Shown piece by piece: positions 62,353 to 64,000 of a stretch of 64,000 bases of DNA. The position numbers and the translations under genes were made by a program. This DNA is from Podarcis bocagei (taxonomy: Eukaryota), in assembly GCA_964188305.1 (NCBI GenBank), contig OZ076892.1, one strand, 5' to 3'. A model generated the notes under the pieces. The model had not been told where the DNA came from. It searched no databases and saw nothing but the letters and a program-made list of their open reading frames with translations. The number at the start of each line of letters is the position of its first letter. Position 1 is the stretch's first letter.

Positions 62353-62940
62353 TGAAAACGTTTATAAATGAGTAAATTTTAAAACAAACAAACCTCTCAG
62401 GGGTCCTGCCTGCACAAAAGGCAAAAAAAGGACTCAGCAGTCGCAGCAGAAGGATGTAAATAACACCAATGCACAGCTGAACTGCAAACCCTGTCTTGCA
62501 GTTATTCACAAACCTCAAAATTCAAAATGCAATTGCACTATAAAAAAAACGAAACAAAAAAACCCTGCATGTATGCAACTACAAAATGGATTAATGGCTT
62601 TCTGTAAATTTATTAGGAACAAAATTTTCTCTCCGCACTGAGAAGCTTCCCCCTGTGCTTTGAACTCCTCAAAGCAGATCTTCTCACAGAGGAAGGAGAC
62701 AATTGCATACTTTGCAGAACATCCAAGCCCCTTTTCCCTTTCTGCTGCTCCCTTCTAAACAGTAGGTGTGCCTGAGGGGAGGGCCTGAGGACATGCAGGT
62801 GGCATCCAGCCTCATCTTCAGAGGCTCTCCACCCCTTGGGTATAGTCACAGTTGCCTGACTCTACTTGCCATGTCCAGTAGTGAGGGCAGATACAGGCAC
62901 AACAGGGATAATCAAAAAGCTTACAAATCCAGGCAGCCTG

Positions 62941-62961
62941 ATCAGCACCTCGGAGAGCTCC
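62941..62961 (+). promoter_or_regulatory. Canonical RE1/NRSE (REST binding site)
   Basis: ATCAGCACCTCGGAGAGCTCC fits the 21-bp consensus NTCAGCACCNNGGA(C/G)AGCNCC. Confidence 0.75.
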
Positions 62962-64000
62962 CAGTGAGTCTTGGCTGGCTGAGGATGCTTCTTTCATTAA
63001 ACAATATGAGGAGAGAGGGACACCGCAAGGAGCTGGAAAAGTCTGAGGGCTTAAGATGGCACACAAGGTTTGTTCAGTTTTAAAGCACATTGGACTCCTT
63101 AAAGCAGGCATGTCCAAAGTCCGTTTCAGCCCACCAGCCCCTGTGGCAGTTTATTTCCTGGAGTAAAATCCTAAAAAAAGGTCACCCAACCAAATGCTTG
63201 CATCTTCAATGTCTGGGATTACTTGCCCACAATCTCTCACTAATGCTCAGATTGGCTGCTGGCCCCTTGACCTTTCCCTAGAGACTTGCCTGATGCAGTC
63301 ACCAAAGTGTAGGAGTCACCACCAAGTCACACTGGGAGAGAAAGTTGCTATAGCAAACATTATTCTCTCTCTAGACAATGCTGTGCCACCTAAAATTCAC
63401 CTTGTGGGAACACCAGCTCTGTACTCAAATAGTCCAATTGTTCATCCAGAAGCAAGTAATGTCTGGGCCAGATGCATTGCAGTCTGCAACAGCGCTGCAT
63501 AAATAAAAGTCACAAGTCTAACGGATCCTGAATCTTCCCAGGAGCAGGAGGATAGTATAGATTTGGAACAGTGGTTTGCAGAGGGGCATAGTTCAAAAGG
63601 CAGAAGCTGGGATATACTGGATGGGGAACAGCTAGGAGAAGGAACACTGGGAGAGAGGGGGTTAACAGGTTCACAGTCTCTGGACAGCATTCACACACAC
63701 ACACACACACACACACCTTCTCCAAAACAAGGAGAGCTCAGAAAATGGCAAAACAGAAAGCACAAAGGGTACAAACTCAGATTACAAGACGTAAAGGTGA
63801 CGTAGATTAATAGGGACGACAGGGGATGGGTTCCTTAATTGGGAGCACCGCCATTTCTAGGAGATGTGTTCTTTGTTTTCTTGCTGTGATTATTAAAGTT
63901 TCTAACCAGTAAGAAGACTCATTTTCCTTTGTTCTGCCTATCTACTGCCATGAGGGAGGAAGACAATTCCCTGAAGCCTGACACTAGCCCAGCATCCTGT

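Noticed and set aside
1-64000. CRISPR arrays, rRNA, operons or other prokaryotic systems
   Set aside because: Clearly vertebrate intron- and TE-rich DNA; no regular repeat-spacer arrays or rRNA-like sequence seen.

Overview
Vertebrate genomic DNA, almost certainly from a squamate reptile and probably a lacertid lizard (inferred from Sauria SINE, Squam3-type SINE, Bov-B and CR1/L2 content). The window holds one protein-coding gene, the delta opioid receptor OPRD1 on the + strand. It has three coding exons (15493-15719, 56773-57122, 58882-59414), a 1110-nt CDS, 369 aa and a ~41 kb intron 1. The rest is TE-rich intergenic and intronic DNA: a young 5'-truncated L1-clade LINE, an RTE-X-like LINE, Bov-B, CR1 and L2 fragments, SINEs, nested solo LTRs, hAT and Tc1/pogo MITEs, and microsatellites. 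Highlights: (1) Gln replaces the conserved opioid-pocket His278(6.52), the nociceptin-receptor state. (2) Intron 2 uses a GC donor. (3) Two inverted split RE1/NRSE-like motifs bracket the start codon and a canonical RE1 lies 3.5 kb past the stop. (4) Two TSD-flanked, poly(A)-tailed, RT-less retroelements share 3'UTR motifs with the local L1 and encode related short proteins, a candidate HAL1-like non-autonomous family. All calls are by eye; repeat family names come from recalled consensus features and need a Dfam/Repbase check.
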